Source of the DNA: Adineta vaga
Taxonomy: Eukaryota; Animalia; Rotifera
NCBI GenBank assembly: GCA_021613535.1
Contig: CP075492.1
Span: 13,516,001-13,580,000 of the forward strand
Direction: 5' to 3'
Length of the DNA stretch: 64,000 bases
The notes beneath the pieces were generated by a model. That model worked only from the letters and a program-made list of their open reading frames with translations, was not told the DNA's origin and ran no database searches. This document shows, piece after piece, positions 37,320-50,140 of the stretch. Each line of letters starts with the position of its first letter. Positions within the stretch are counted from its first letter, which is position 1. The position numbers were made by a program, and so were the translations under genes.

Positions 37320-37720
37320 CATATGTTCAATAGGTGGTTGATCACGGAATGCAACAACTGTAGCTGATTCTTCGTCTGGTTCAGCAAGATTTACATCATC
37401 TACTCTTTATTCACTACTGGATATATTTATGTATTAGGTAACGACTACTATTGTTGGTTCATCTATGGATGTGCCTATGGTAACACATCCACATATCTTA
37501 GTACTCCTTATGATGTATCTACGTTGTTGACAGTGACAATGGTTTCTTCGGTTCTCTATTCACTTAATTCTATTTCAGTAATTCCTATTTTGAATAATTA
37601 TTACGAGTAATTTATGTTCATAGCTACTTGATATAGTACATACGTTGATACAAGTGCTTCAAAGATAGTGTATGTTTTAGATACAAAGAATCATCGTATT
37701 CAAAAATTTCCTGTTTTATG
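37320..37720 (+). pseudogene. Degraded NHL-repeat remnant
   Basis: The fragment VYVLDTKNHRIQKF at ~37668-37710 and an LSTPYDV-like fragment; the frames are broken. Confidence 0.4.
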
Positions 37721-38031
37721 TAGTAAATTTTACAAATACATTCAAGTTATAAATAACTGTTAGTTGATGACATTTTAGAACTATCGACCGTAAGCAGAAT
37801 AGGAATAACTATGACAACAACGTCACTTTTTAGCTCAACAGTATTACAACAGAAGGATTTTGTTTCCATCATAGTGACGAGCAAAATATATCAATAATCT
37901 AATATTTATTTCAAACAATGAATTACGAGATATTTTCTTTTAAATAAAAAGTTTTATATTCTTGCGTTTTATCTAATGCAACATATCCTTGTATTACATT
38001 AGAAATTTATCTTGAAAAGAAAGAATAAATT

Positions 38032-39659
38032 ATGGCACAAAGTAGTCATGAACGTATTCAAGACATACCGTGTCGAACGAATGTTGTTTCTCCAATAATA
38101 GAACAACAAAATCAACGTCGCAAATCATTTACAACACGTCAAAATATTCGTGATGTCTGTGGATTGATTTTTATTCCTGGTATGATTGGTATACTTACAA
38201 TAGCAATAGCTATTGTTCAACTTCATATTGCAAGTCGGCAACGTCAACAAGATTTAACCATTGCCGAAGCTAATCGATTGAACAGTTTGATGATTGCAAA
38301 TTATACAAGAGAACAAGATCTTTTAATTGCTAATACTCTTCGATGGGATACTATTTTTGCTGGTTATGTTGATGATATATCATCTATCATAGATGGATCA
38401 AATTTCTCTTTTGATACTAGTGATTATTTTATGAGTTCAATAATTCGTGCTAAAACAATGACTGCCGGTCGACAATTAGATACAATACGAAAAACATACT
38501 TAATTCAATTTCTTTACGAACTTAAAGCAATACTTTCTCATCATAATCCAATCGATCTTACAGGTCTGGAATTGAACAATATTGACTTAAGTATGTCAAT
38601 ACTTACTAGCAAACAAGGTTCTTCTCTCGCAGGTTTATCATTAACTGGAGTTTCTCTTATTAAATCTTCATTTATTGCCCGAGAACTTACGGATGCAAAT
38701 TTTACTGGAAGTAATTTACAAGGAGCTAATTTTCGATATGCTTCGCTTCATAATGTTTCATTTCGTATGTCGATTTTTCCGGTAGTGATCTACTTGGATC
38801 ATCTATTACTGATGAACAATTACAGAAGGCATACTCAATATTTGGTGCCATTTTACCAAATAAGACCTTCGGTATTCATTCAAATTTGTTAAAAAATGGA
38901 AATGCAGAGGAAGCATCAGTATGTATTGACGGACAGGTCCAATCTATTGATCATGGTGATTGGAATATTACTCCATCTGATAGTATTGGTGTAACTATAA
39001 TCAATAAAACAGTAGCTGAACTTGCAGCACAACGTTGGTTACAATTGTAGGAAGTATGTTTTTTTTAGATCAACTGATAAAAATGAGGCTTTTTATTGAA
39101 TATTTTAGCAACTTAAAATTGATGTAGAACACTTCGATATTATCGGTAATCATTTTTGGAACGTCAAACAATGTTCATTTGTAATGAACAGTCATTATAA
39201 ACACGCATCCATCTCTCAATTAATTGATATTCCGAAGCAGTATCATGAAACAACAACAACAACTAGTACATCATATTCATGGTTTATATCATTATTTTGT
39301 GGTATATTTCAAAATCAAGCAAATATAAGTATCACATTGAATGAGTTGAACAGTCAAAATCAAACATTAAGCATTCACAATTTTGGTGGGTATTCATAGA
39401 GTTGCATCAATTATTCAATTTTATTTTTATTTTAGTGTTACCTTATCAAGGTAATTGGTTAGGATATCGTTCATACAATGAAAACAGTACATATGCATTA
39501 TTTAAACTTGAGTTTTATAACTTAAATTTTATTAATACAAATAGTTCAACATTAAATAATCAAACTTATGATGATGCGATTGCATTCTGTGATAATATTC
39601 ATTTATCGTTAGAACTATCGTCGGTTGTTCTGTCGGTTATGTCCATTCGAATGCTATAA
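38032..39659 (+). pseudogene. TM + pentapeptide-repeat protein gene with a frameshift (~38766) and an in-frame TAG (39048-39050)
   Basis: TM helix, IIRAKTMTAGRQLD..LIQFLYE and repeats ANFTGSNLQGANFRYASL. The sequence continues in another frame as VDFSGSDLLGSSITDEQL..ILPN..NLLKNGNAE. Later exons correspond to ORFs 39184 and 39402. Confidence 0.7.
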
Positions 39660-39789
39660 TATTTCTCTAAAGAACGTTTTCATCACTTTGCCTATAGCGA
39701 CAATGAATGTTTATTTTTCCTAGTCATTTTTTAAGTTCTAATGAATGTAATAAAAAATATTTAAATGAGTATTTAGTTTTGTGCTTCGT

Positions 39790-40684
39790 CTTTTCTCAGC
39801 AATAAACCATAAGGTCAAATTGCAGTTGGATCAACAGTTCGCCATCCATGACCTTCTTTAACACAGCTAGTATGAATTGAATATGATTTTGGTCGTATTC
39901 GGCGTTGAAAAACGACACAATAAATTTCAATTTGATCATTCGTTGTTACCGAGAACGGTGTTGTATACTGAGAGGATACGATTCACCTTCCGCATTACTA
40001 TTACAAAGCCATGCATTACTGCGTCGCTGTTCTTGAGGGATACCTGGTGCCGCATAATCAAGATTATATCGATATATCGAAGCATTTTACTTTGTTTTAA
40101 TCGAGATTGAACCATACTCTATCATAGAGAATAAAGAAAATAGTTGATACCCTACTTGTAAATTATCTGCTAATCGTTTTGTTTCAGTTGCATCTGGAAG
40201 CGTTAAACCAAGTTTAACAGTCGATGTGCCAACTTCTCTTCTAGATTTCTCTACTAAAAATACTCGAACATAAGTATTTACACATCCCTATACTTTAGCA
40301 ATAGCTGTAGAAAAGTTAACTATACAATTTTCCATAGTATCAGGCGAACGAGTTAGATCTTTGTTATAATCTAAGCCAACATTCAAACAAATCAGTTGCT
40401 AACAAATGTACACTGCCCATATTAGCAATGCAACAAGCCATTTGTTCCGTTGCTGCACGATAACAGGCAACGGTATGATATTGTTCTTTATTAGGGACAC
40501 CATGTGGATAAATAATGCCTTTCATTGCTGTAGCAAAAGCAGATTTCGCTCGAGAATTTGCTGTTTTAGCTCCCTGATGTTTTGTTGGTGGTTTGGGATT
40601 TTGGCCCATCAATAGAGCAGTTTTGTATAGAAAATCCTCTGCATCTTCGTCATCACTCTGATTGTTTCTATGAGAATACGCCAT
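39790..40684 (-). pseudogene. Remnant of a PARP-like/NEURL4-C-terminal-type ADP-ribosyltransferase gene with an internally deleted catalytic core
   Basis: Fragments RYNLDY..EQRR, WLCNSNAEGE and YTTPF..IYCVVFQRRIRP..WRTVDPTAI*PYG. The expected W.VAYHGT segment is absent, and there are several stops and frameshifts. Confidence 0.55.
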
Positions 40685-41352
40685 ACTATTTCGTTGATTT
40701 ACAAGAGGAAATGATTTCACCTGTTTGGAATTGTTGATGAAAATGCTGTCTGAATTCTCATAGACATTTTGCATTAAAACGTTTTTATTTTTGTTTGCAC
40801 ATTTTGAATACTTCGTTTCGTCGAGATATGTGAATGTGTAATGTTTTTCTTCAAAATTTTCAGTTACATAAGATCATCTGAATGTACCATTGAAAAAATA
40901 TTAGACAAGGATGAACTGATTTTTGATCGAACTTATCTATTTGAAAGAATTTTTGTATGCCTATACTTTTGTAGTTTTACTATTTTCAAATAAAGATTCT
41001 GCAGGTCACAAAATAAAAATTAATGACTTGATAAATGCAAGTCATATGGACTTTTATTGCTCACAGTAAGATATATATACTTCATTTTATGAAGACTCTA
41101 TATTGATTTTGAAAAAAGTACATTCATAAAAAAAACTGTATCCTCGTTTGTTGTCCATTCATAGAGCAAAATACAAAGATCAAACTGATAGAACTGAAAA
41201 ACCTTTGATGATTGATAACTAATAATAGATTTTATAAAGTTGTCCTGAAAGTCATAATCAGCTAATAAAATAGATCAAATGAGACTATGTCATGCTATTC
41301 ATATATAATTCAGATCTCTTTTTTCTTCCATAAATAAAGAAAATTATCAAAA

Positions 41353-44300
41353 ATGACAGATGCAGGAACAAACTTCGAACAACAACAAAGTTTACTCAGT
41401 GCTCTCGGACAACAAGAGTGCTCTATATCATCGTGAATATCATTGATAATTGAAATTATGATCGTAATATTTATTTTTTGAAATTGTCTTAGGAGATGGT
41501 ACCAACACATATATTCAATACTACAAACACGAAATCTTTGGATTATTCTATTATTAGTCATTACAATTACTGGTATTGGAATGGCTTTCATCCCTCGATA
41601 TAATCAAAATCGAGAAGTTGAACGTATCGATCAAGATCAACGTAAGTTTTGTACTATAGTATAGTATATTATAATTGATTCACGTAAACAATAGGCGGAT
41701 CATCGAAATGGAATTCGAATGGAAATTATGCACCAAAAATTTATTCTTCACAAAAACAGTCGAATTCTAACTATTACAATAAACAAGATCGTCGACATTC
41801 TCCTATGTCCTCTTTCATGAGACAAGTAATGATTTGATCTACTTATTGGCATGATTATGTCTTGTCTTCTTTTGTTTTAAGAAACAAAAATCAAACCGAC
41901 CTGAAAGTGTTGGTCATATGAATATTTATATAAAAAAATTCATCGAAGATGATGATGATGATGGAGCATCACTAGAGCGTCTTCGTTTTCCTGTTGCTCG
42001 ATATGATCGACGTCAATTTCGTATATTTCATTTTAAGTTAGCACTTGTTTGTCATATAGATACAGTGAAACCTCTCTAACTGGGCACCTCTCTAACAAGG
42101 GCACCTCGCTTAAATGGGCGCTCGGTGGACCGCCCGATTAGTTTTCCATGAGAATGAACCTCTCTTACAAGGGCACCTCGGAACTCTGGGCAGTGGGCAC
42201 TGGTTTTGGTCCTCATAATACGTCTTAACCTCTCTTATATGGGCACATGTGATTCGTGTTCCAATCAAAGCATAATTCTTTTATCACTTGCCGTCCTTTG
42301 TTGTTCCTTCAATGGGAATAAAATTTCCGTCCAAATCGAACATGAAAAGTTATCGTCTATTCATACGAAAGTCTGAATTAAATTAAGAATACAGTATAAA
42401 GAGTGGTGTAGTGAGTTGTTCCTGGCTGACATAACATTCAAATGGCCTCTCATAATCATCTATCTCTTGAAAAGAAGATCATGTTGATCAACGACTATGC
42501 TGATGGAGCTGGAGTCTCACAGCGCACGTTATGTGTTAGGTACCAAATATCGAAGGGTGCTGTTTACAACATTCTACAACGAAAAGACGAATATAAATCC
42601 GATTTTCAAATGAATGCAAACAAAGGTGTTAAACGAAAACTTCAAGACGAATCAGGACAAAAGATCGACGAAGAAGTATTCTCATGGTTTGTGAGACAAC
42701 GATCAAAGAATATTCCAATATCTGGACCATTGATACAAGAAAAGGCACGAGAAGTTTCAGAATCGATTGGGATTTTGCCAGGGTAAGTGTGACATTTTGA
42801 AACTGTTTCGCTGTTATTCTCATTATTTATTTTAGAACCTTCAAAGCGTCGAATGGATGGCTAGAGAAATTTAAAAATCGTCATGCGATAGTGTTTCGTG
42901 CACTATCTGGAGAAAGTGCAAGCGTCGATCCGGTTACCGTAGAGGAGTGGAAGAAAAGATTGCCCATTTTGCTCGATTCGTATTCAATGGACAATGTCTA
43001 CAATGCTGACGAAACTGGCTTATTTTTCAAGTTGTTACCTGAAAGATCTATGGTCTTGTCAAAAGATTCATGCAAGGGTGGGAAGCGTTCGAAAGAACGC
43101 TACACAGTACTTTTATGTTCTAATTGGTCAGGTACACATAAGTTGAAGCCATTAGTTATTGGTGAGTATGAATCTTTGATTATTATGAGTCATCATTTTT
43201 ATTCCTTTCACAGGAAAGAGTCGTCAACCACGATGTTTCAAAAATGTTAACATTAATAAATTATCTATCATTTGGAAATGGAATCGCACTGCATGGATGA
43301 ATGCTTCTATCTTCACAGATTGGATCAATTCAATCAATACTCAAATGCAAAAAGAGAAACGGTATGTATAGCTTTCATAAAAACTATTTTAATCGTTGTC
43401 GTTTTTTATCAAATCAATAGTAAAATGTAAAATCCTTATTTACTCTTCATTTTAGAAAGATCTTGCTTTTTCTCGACAATGCTCCTGTGCATCCAGTTGA
43501 TTTAAAACTATCCAATATTACAATGATATTCTTTCCTCCAAACACTACTAGTAAAGTACAGCCACTTGATCAAGGAATTATTCGTGCATTTAAAGTATAT
43601 TACCGAAGTCGATTAGTGAAACATATTATCAGTAGCTGTACATTAGCATCTTCGCTTGATGAAGTAGTGATTACCGCACTGGATGCTATTCACTGGATCG
43701 AGGCGGCTTGGAAAAATGTAACCGAGTCGACTATTCGTAATACATTTCACACGGCTGGTTTCAAACATCGTAATCTGTCTGATACAGTTGAAGATGTCGA
43801 AGAAGAAATTAGTGAAGTTAGCGACAATGAACTATTTAAGAAACTGGACACTCTTCTTTCGCATCTCGGAGTTGATGGTCCTCAATTATCGGCAACTCAA
43901 TATGTGATGATTGATGATGAAATTCCTGTCTTTAATGAGTGGGAGGACAGTCCAGAAGTTTTCTCAATTACGGAAGACAATGAACAAGATCAAGAAGAAA
44001 ATGAAGATGAAGCTATTCTAGAAGAACCGCCATCAATTGTGGATGCGCTTGAAATGATTCGAAAACTACATTTACTTGTGTCTGTTCGTCAACCGGAGCT
44101 TCATGAACTAGTAAGCGAGTTAGAGTCGAAATTGACTGACACTTATATTGATTCAAAAAGCAGTAAACAAAGTTCTATTACAGATTTTTTTTCACGAGTT
44201 TGATTGTAAATACAGAAATTAATTTATTTGTTTAAATAAAGAAAAAATGACTTTGTATCGAAATTAGAATAAAGGGTAGTTTATGTAACCTAACAACATA

Positions 44301-46958
44301 TCAACCATATTAGTTTTCTACTGATCTTTGTGTATATGTGTATACCAAACAAATTTTCAACGCGTAGGAAGGTGAACCTCTCTAAACAGGGCACCTCGGT
44401 TAAGTGGGCAGTTTGGGACTGTCCCATTAGTGCCCATTTAAGGGAGGTTCTACTGTAGTTGTTTTCTTCTAGATTTCAAAGGTCCTTTTACAACTTTCAT
44501 GCCATCGATTCCGATTGTTGCTGATCCATTCACTCGTCAAACTCTTATCTATGCATCAGTTGGAGGTACGACTATTTGCTCAATCAAATCATTCATTATC
44601 GAGATTATTTTAGTGTATATTTTACCACCATTAGTCAATTCTTACGGCAAACTCTATTCTGTCGCTGAACTTATTGCATTCGGTTATGCTAGTTTAGTTA
44701 GTACAGGTGTTCCACCAAACAGTTTTATTGATATGAGATCCTACTATCGTCCTATACCAAGTTAGTTCTCTTTGTCAACGTTCATGTCATATTGAAAATC
44801 ATTCAATTCTAGTCATTGGGAAAAATATACCAACAATAAACACTTCCACGAATAGATTTACTGGAAGTTTTCATACAAATTTTGGTTATTTCCAGACACC
44901 GGATGAAATAGAAGACTCCAATGATCGTGACTATAGCGATAATTATCAAAATGATCGAACTGATTATCGACCATCGTCATATTTTTACAATAGAAATCAT
45001 CATCGACGGCGACCATCCAATCGAAGTAAGTAAACAACGAGTATTCACCATTGAACATGATATATTATATGTAACATGATCAAATCTTGAGATAATTATT
45101 TTCTAAGAAGGTCCATCACAAACAAAAACATCGTCAACGCAACGATCTACTACTACATCTACATCGACGATAGGTAGTTATCACACGAGCACTCGTTTTT
45201 TAAAAATCGTAAAAAAATGATATAAAATATCAAATATATTTAGCAACAACTCGAGCATACAATGATGGCGAAGTTCATCTAACGTTAATTATCGATACAT
45301 TTCGTCCGTATTCAACCTCGGATAAACCAATTGTTTCAGCTAATTATTCATATCCTGGTCCATTGATTGAAGCTTACGAAAATGATACATTGATTATTCG
45401 AGTCATCAATCGACTTAATGTTCCTTCAACAATGCATTGGCACGGAATTCGTCAAATCAATACTCCGGATATGGATGGTGCTGTAGGTGTTACACAATGT
45501 GCTATACCACCTAATCATGAATTAATTTACAAGTTCAAAGCTAATCCAGTAGGAACGTTTTGGTATCATGGACATCTACTTGAACAATACACGGATGGAT
45601 TATATGGACCATTGATTATTCGTCAACGCGATCAACCAAATACTCTATCATATGATAGTGAACACATATTGATGATTGCAGATTGGTATAATAATCGTGC
45701 TCACACTGAATTACTTCCTTGGTATATCAACTCAAATAATCCTGATGGTGTTGAACCAGTTCCAGATGCTATTGTGGTTAATGGAAAGTTTACTCAATCA
45801 TTATTCATATCCTTATCAGGTTCAACTAAAATTCTATTTCGAATTATCAATAGTGCATCATTTTCAATGTATACAGTTTCAGTCGATGGTCTACCATTAC
45901 ATATTGTTGAAGTAGATTCAACAACTACTTCACCTTATACAGTTAGTACATTTAATATTAATGTTGCTCAACGTGTTTCATTTTATATCGATACGAATGA
46001 ACTACATCCAATGTACACTTTATCGAATGCATCATTAACTAATTCATTATTTATGCGAATTCAAGCTATGCTTTCAATGTATCCTGTCGATATTCTCAAC
46101 TATATTCCTCCATATGAACGGCAACGTTATCCATATCCAACATTTTTTAATCCGTTATATCTTCTAATTTTATCACTTGATTCGAATAATTCGACACCAA
46201 CATATTCAGCTAGCGATGCAACACCTACAGTAACAAATAATACGACAACATTAGACACAAATCTTTTAGATGCTCGACCATTACATAGAAATCAGAATGG
46301 AATTCCAGTTGCAACTCACTATTTAAATCTTGTCATTGTATTTGATTTAGGTACTGATGGCGTCAATCATCCATATTTAAATAATGTTACATATACTTCC
46401 GATGCTAATTATATGCATATGAGACCTAATCCAAAGAAGGGAATAACTTCAGATCTATATCAACCATTATTACATCAGATGGCTGAAAAACCGAACGAGT
46501 TACTTATTCCATTACCACGTATTGAAGATAATAATCAACTACCAACAATTCAAAGTGATAAAAATGGCCATTATTTAGTACCATATAAGGCAGTTGTTGA
46601 TATATTTTTGAATAATACCGATGGTGGTGAACATCCGTTCCATTTGCATGGCCATAATTTTTGGATTATCGCAACATCCGATTATCCTGATGCAGGAAAC
46701 TTATATCTCAACGATTATCTTCAACGAGATACTGTTAGTATACCTGCATCAGGTTGGGCAAAAATTCGCTTTGTAGCTGATAATCCCGGTGCTTGGTTCT
46801 TTCATTGTCATATAGAATGGCATATGTCAGCAGGATTAGCTTTAGTTTTTCTTGTTTCGCCCGAACAATTACTCACTAATGGTTATACGATTACACCGGA
46901 ACAAAAACAGCTATGTCAAGCATTAAAACAATTTAATACAAATAATAAAATGAACTAA
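41353..46958 (+). CDS. Multicopper oxidase (laccase-like) with a long multi-exon N-terminal extension containing a signal-anchor helix
   Basis: Copper motifs HWHG, WYHGH, HPFHLHGH and HCHIEWHMSAGL lie in one large exon (45244-46958). Eight upstream exons from ATG 41353 splice in phase, across the transposon-bearing intron. Confidence 0.8.
42063..44455 (+). mobile_element. Full-length pogo/Tigger DNA transposon inserted in a laccase intron
   Basis: TA target duplication at 42061-62 and 44456-57. Imperfect TIRs CAGTGAAACCTCTCTAACTGGGCAC / CAGTAGAACCTCCCTTAAATGGGCAC. Subterminal AACCTCTC..GGGCAC repeats. Confidence 0.95.
42442..44203 (+). CDS. pogo/Tigger transposase (CENP-B-type HTH + DDE_1, DD30D), 4 exons
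   Basis: FKASNGWLEKFKNRH, NADETG, LFLDNA and QPLDQG. Three GT-AG introns (~42783-42835, ~43162-43213, ~43362-43455) restore an uninterrupted frame. Confidence 0.92.
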
Positions 46959-48610
46959 TTTATTTTAAAAATATTTATCTTTTATATTATTTCCATATCT
47001 TAAATATACAAATATCGAAATCGTTTGCTCTATAGATTAACATTATTGGCACATACATATTTTATGCTTTCATTCAGAACCATACATAAATATTCACTTG
47101 TCAGAGAAAGCATAAGCTACTTGAATGATTCTACGTTTGAACTTTACCATTGATATGACAATGCTTTCCGTGTTCTCGCTTTGTATACATTATACTTATG
47201 AATTTCACTAATGACTAAATTTTCTCTACATCAGATAATCACAGTAGTGAGGAGCTTAATTTAATCAAGTATTATGATCAGACAATATCACAATTCTAAA
47301 TTTTCAGACTAAATGACGATATGATAAATACAGCAGAGTTAATCGAGTAGTGAGCTATGAATTAAAAGGTATTAGTGCTACAATAAATATAGTAAAGTTT
47401 TATTCTAAAGAATCTTTCGCACTTCTTGAAGTCTATCGATCATATCACGAAAGCGAGTTGAATTCTCTTTCATACTCACGGCAGCATGCGCTTCCACCTG
47501 CTGACGAGCTTCTTCCGCGATATGTCCGATTCAATAGGTGCTGATTTAAATCTGCAATGTAGAAAAAATTTTGACAACCTTCGCATCGTAAAACACCAAT
47601 AGGCTTAGTTCATGTCACATAAGTTATTGCTACGGCCTTTGACATTTGTGTGTGTTTCAAAATGTTCGTTATCGTCAATAACGATGCCATTCTTTCCAAA
47701 CAACATACTTATGAATAATTCTATGTTGGAAAAAACGTTATACTTTTTTAATAATGACAGAATTGAAGAAGAACAAAGAAAAAGAAACCTATTGTCGCAT
47801 GAAATTGTTGAAAGCACGCGCCACTATTTACTTAATATATCATATTCATAGTATAAACAGGGATTGCTTTTACACTAGAGATGTCCATTACCTCTAAAAT
47901 TGCGCAAAAAACTATGCCATGTCACTTTGCCTCTTAGCTGCTGCAAAGTTCGAGACCATCTTAACAGTGAAGGTCCGGACGAAGATATTGTACTTATATA
48001 CGTAATCGGTATATTTAACTTGTCTCAAAGAGACATCTTTTTATATCTTCATCTAAGTTATTAACTGTTATTTTTTCATTTGAAAAATACAATAGTAGAA
48101 ATGGAAACGCTATAGATACAACTAATTTGGACTAGCAATCATATTGTTTCGCATACAACTATTTACATATCGGAGATTACTTCTTTTCAATAAGAATAAA
48201 AAACTCAGTTGCAACCTAAAATAGGCTGACCTTCCGATTTTCTGGTTATATCCGTCAAGACATTGTATTAAACTAGAAATATGAGTTCCTCTTTAATTTC
48301 TATCAATTTGTTCATACACATTAACTTTGTCAATTTCATGATTAGATCATAAATACAGTAAGGATGTGTATGAGCATAAAAGTATTTTTTTTATAGAATT
48401 CAGAGTTGAAGTTGAAAGGTTTATTGCATGTTAATAATCATTCATCCTATGATTAATGTTTTTATGATACTCTTTTTACGATTCAGATGTTTTGCACTGA
48501 AGAGAGAAGCTTCAATGACGCATGAATGTCCTTTTTCTCAACATTGTCGATGCTATAAAATGAGTCGATATATACGTTAGATTAACTTTTCTTAGAATAA
48601 CGAAAGTAAA

Positions 48611-49066
48611 ATGATAGTTCATCATAAAATAATATTATTCGGTTTTCTATTAAGTAAATTGTATGAGAATATAATGTACATATTCAATGATTTATACGAT
48701 TATTTTAGTTTTCAATGTGCAAGTGATTAATAGTCTGGACTGTTTCGTGTGCGCACTTTGCAATGAACCATTCAATGAAAACAATGCTAATATAACAACG
48801 GTTCCTGATAATGGAGGTTTCTCTTGTTTTGTAAGATTGCTTTTCCTTGTTACGATTCATATAAATTTTCATTCAAAAAAAAATAGAAAAGCAAAGTCGC
48901 TACTATAGTGGCACGAGGTGCAATAACAAACTGCAAATCATCAAGTCTTCTCAATAATGGTGTATGGTGTTGCGAATCAAATAGGTGTAATACTGCTACA
49001 AGAGTAATATTAACAGATATATCTATTTTCAGCATGATTTTAATGGTTATTAAACCGTTCTTTTAA
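48611..49066 (+). CDS. Small Ly6/uPAR (three-finger)-like, probably GPI-anchored protein (3 exons)
   Basis: Signal peptide, LDCFVCALCNEPF..SCF|KSK..VARG...C..WCCESNRCN and a hydrophobic tail. Confidence 0.75.
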
Positions 49067-49225
49067 ATTTATCTTTATTCTTTTTTTCTCTGTACGTTAC
49101 TATCATCAACAATAAATTCAATCTTTAAATATATTCTTTATGTTGTATTTTATCTCGACATGTGCGAGAGTATTTGCATAAGATATGCGTATTATTGCAC
49201 AATGTAACTTAACATACACAGTAAA

Positions 49226-49560
49226 ATGGTTATTTTTCGTCACGTAATATGGATTTGTCTTCTAATTGAGTATATTGAATAATAACATCTAAGATTGTTT
49301 TAGTGTTGAATATAGAGTTGAGTAATGGTTTGGATTGCTACGTATGCGTAAATTGCAATGATCGATTCAATAAAAATGATCCTACTATACAGATACAAAC
49401 AACCAACCAACAGCTCAAATGCTGGATGCATGATAAGAAAGGTTTTCTCCTTGAAAATATTGATATTAATTCTGACGAAATAGAAAAAGAAAGCTTGCTT
49501 CAATGTCAATCGAACTGTAATGGATACTTGCAAACGCGTTGGTGAACGATATGCGTAGGA
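49226..49560 (+). pseudogene. Tandem Ly6-like paralog with damaged splice donors
   Basis: LDCYVCVNCNDRF..KCW parallels the upstream gene. The donor positions read ttgagt and atgcat instead of gt, and the CCxxxxCN end is missing. Confidence 0.55.
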
Positions 49561-50140
49561 ACGATGAGCACAAGGCTGTTTACATCCATAATATTCACGA
49601 AAACAAAACAAATCATTAAAAATATGAATCAACATGAATAGAGGAACATATCCATGCTGTTTTTTCTCGATTTTTGCCCATACCCTCATGCTCTTGTGTG
49701 CTCATCTGTTCTTGTACTCGTCGTTCCGATTGCCATTATTACGAACAAGAAATAGTCCATTAAAATCTGGTAAATAAATCTTTAACGATCATCAATACAT
49801 GCGTTTGTCTGTTTTGTAGACGAGTAATTATAATGTCACTGTCAACAAAAATACAGTCAATTGATAGAGAAATTTAATCAACTATCCAAATATATGTTAT
49901 AACTTTGAAATATAATAAATATAGCTTATGCATGTAGATTTTAGATTTATTTCCAGAAAAAAAGAATTGGAATATGAAACAGTGTTACATATAGTGCAAA
50001 GATAGTTTGAAAGAAAAAATACGAATTATCATACAATACATAAGAACAATACCACAAATGTGAATAATTCATTGCTTACACCTGCTCATCGTACTTTTAT
50101 ATACACAAATCAACAGTAATGCAAGTATAGTCAGTGTTCG

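Noticed and set aside
40360-40425. GSVHL..TDL..GLDY as a possible cGAS/OAS-type nucleotidyltransferase GS-DxD motif
   Set aside because: The motif spans a frameshift and lacks DxD, and the downstream fragments fit a PARP-like family better.
47496-47542. Second hammerhead-like motif (CACCTG-CTGACGA-GC..GC-GATA..TAGGTG)
   Set aside because: It has GATA instead of GAAA, only a 2-bp stem II, and no valid NUH cleavage triplet.
47350-48000. Short ORFs and a slightly GC-richer patch suggesting a TE remnant
   Set aside because: No TIR pair, TSD or transposase motif could be identified.
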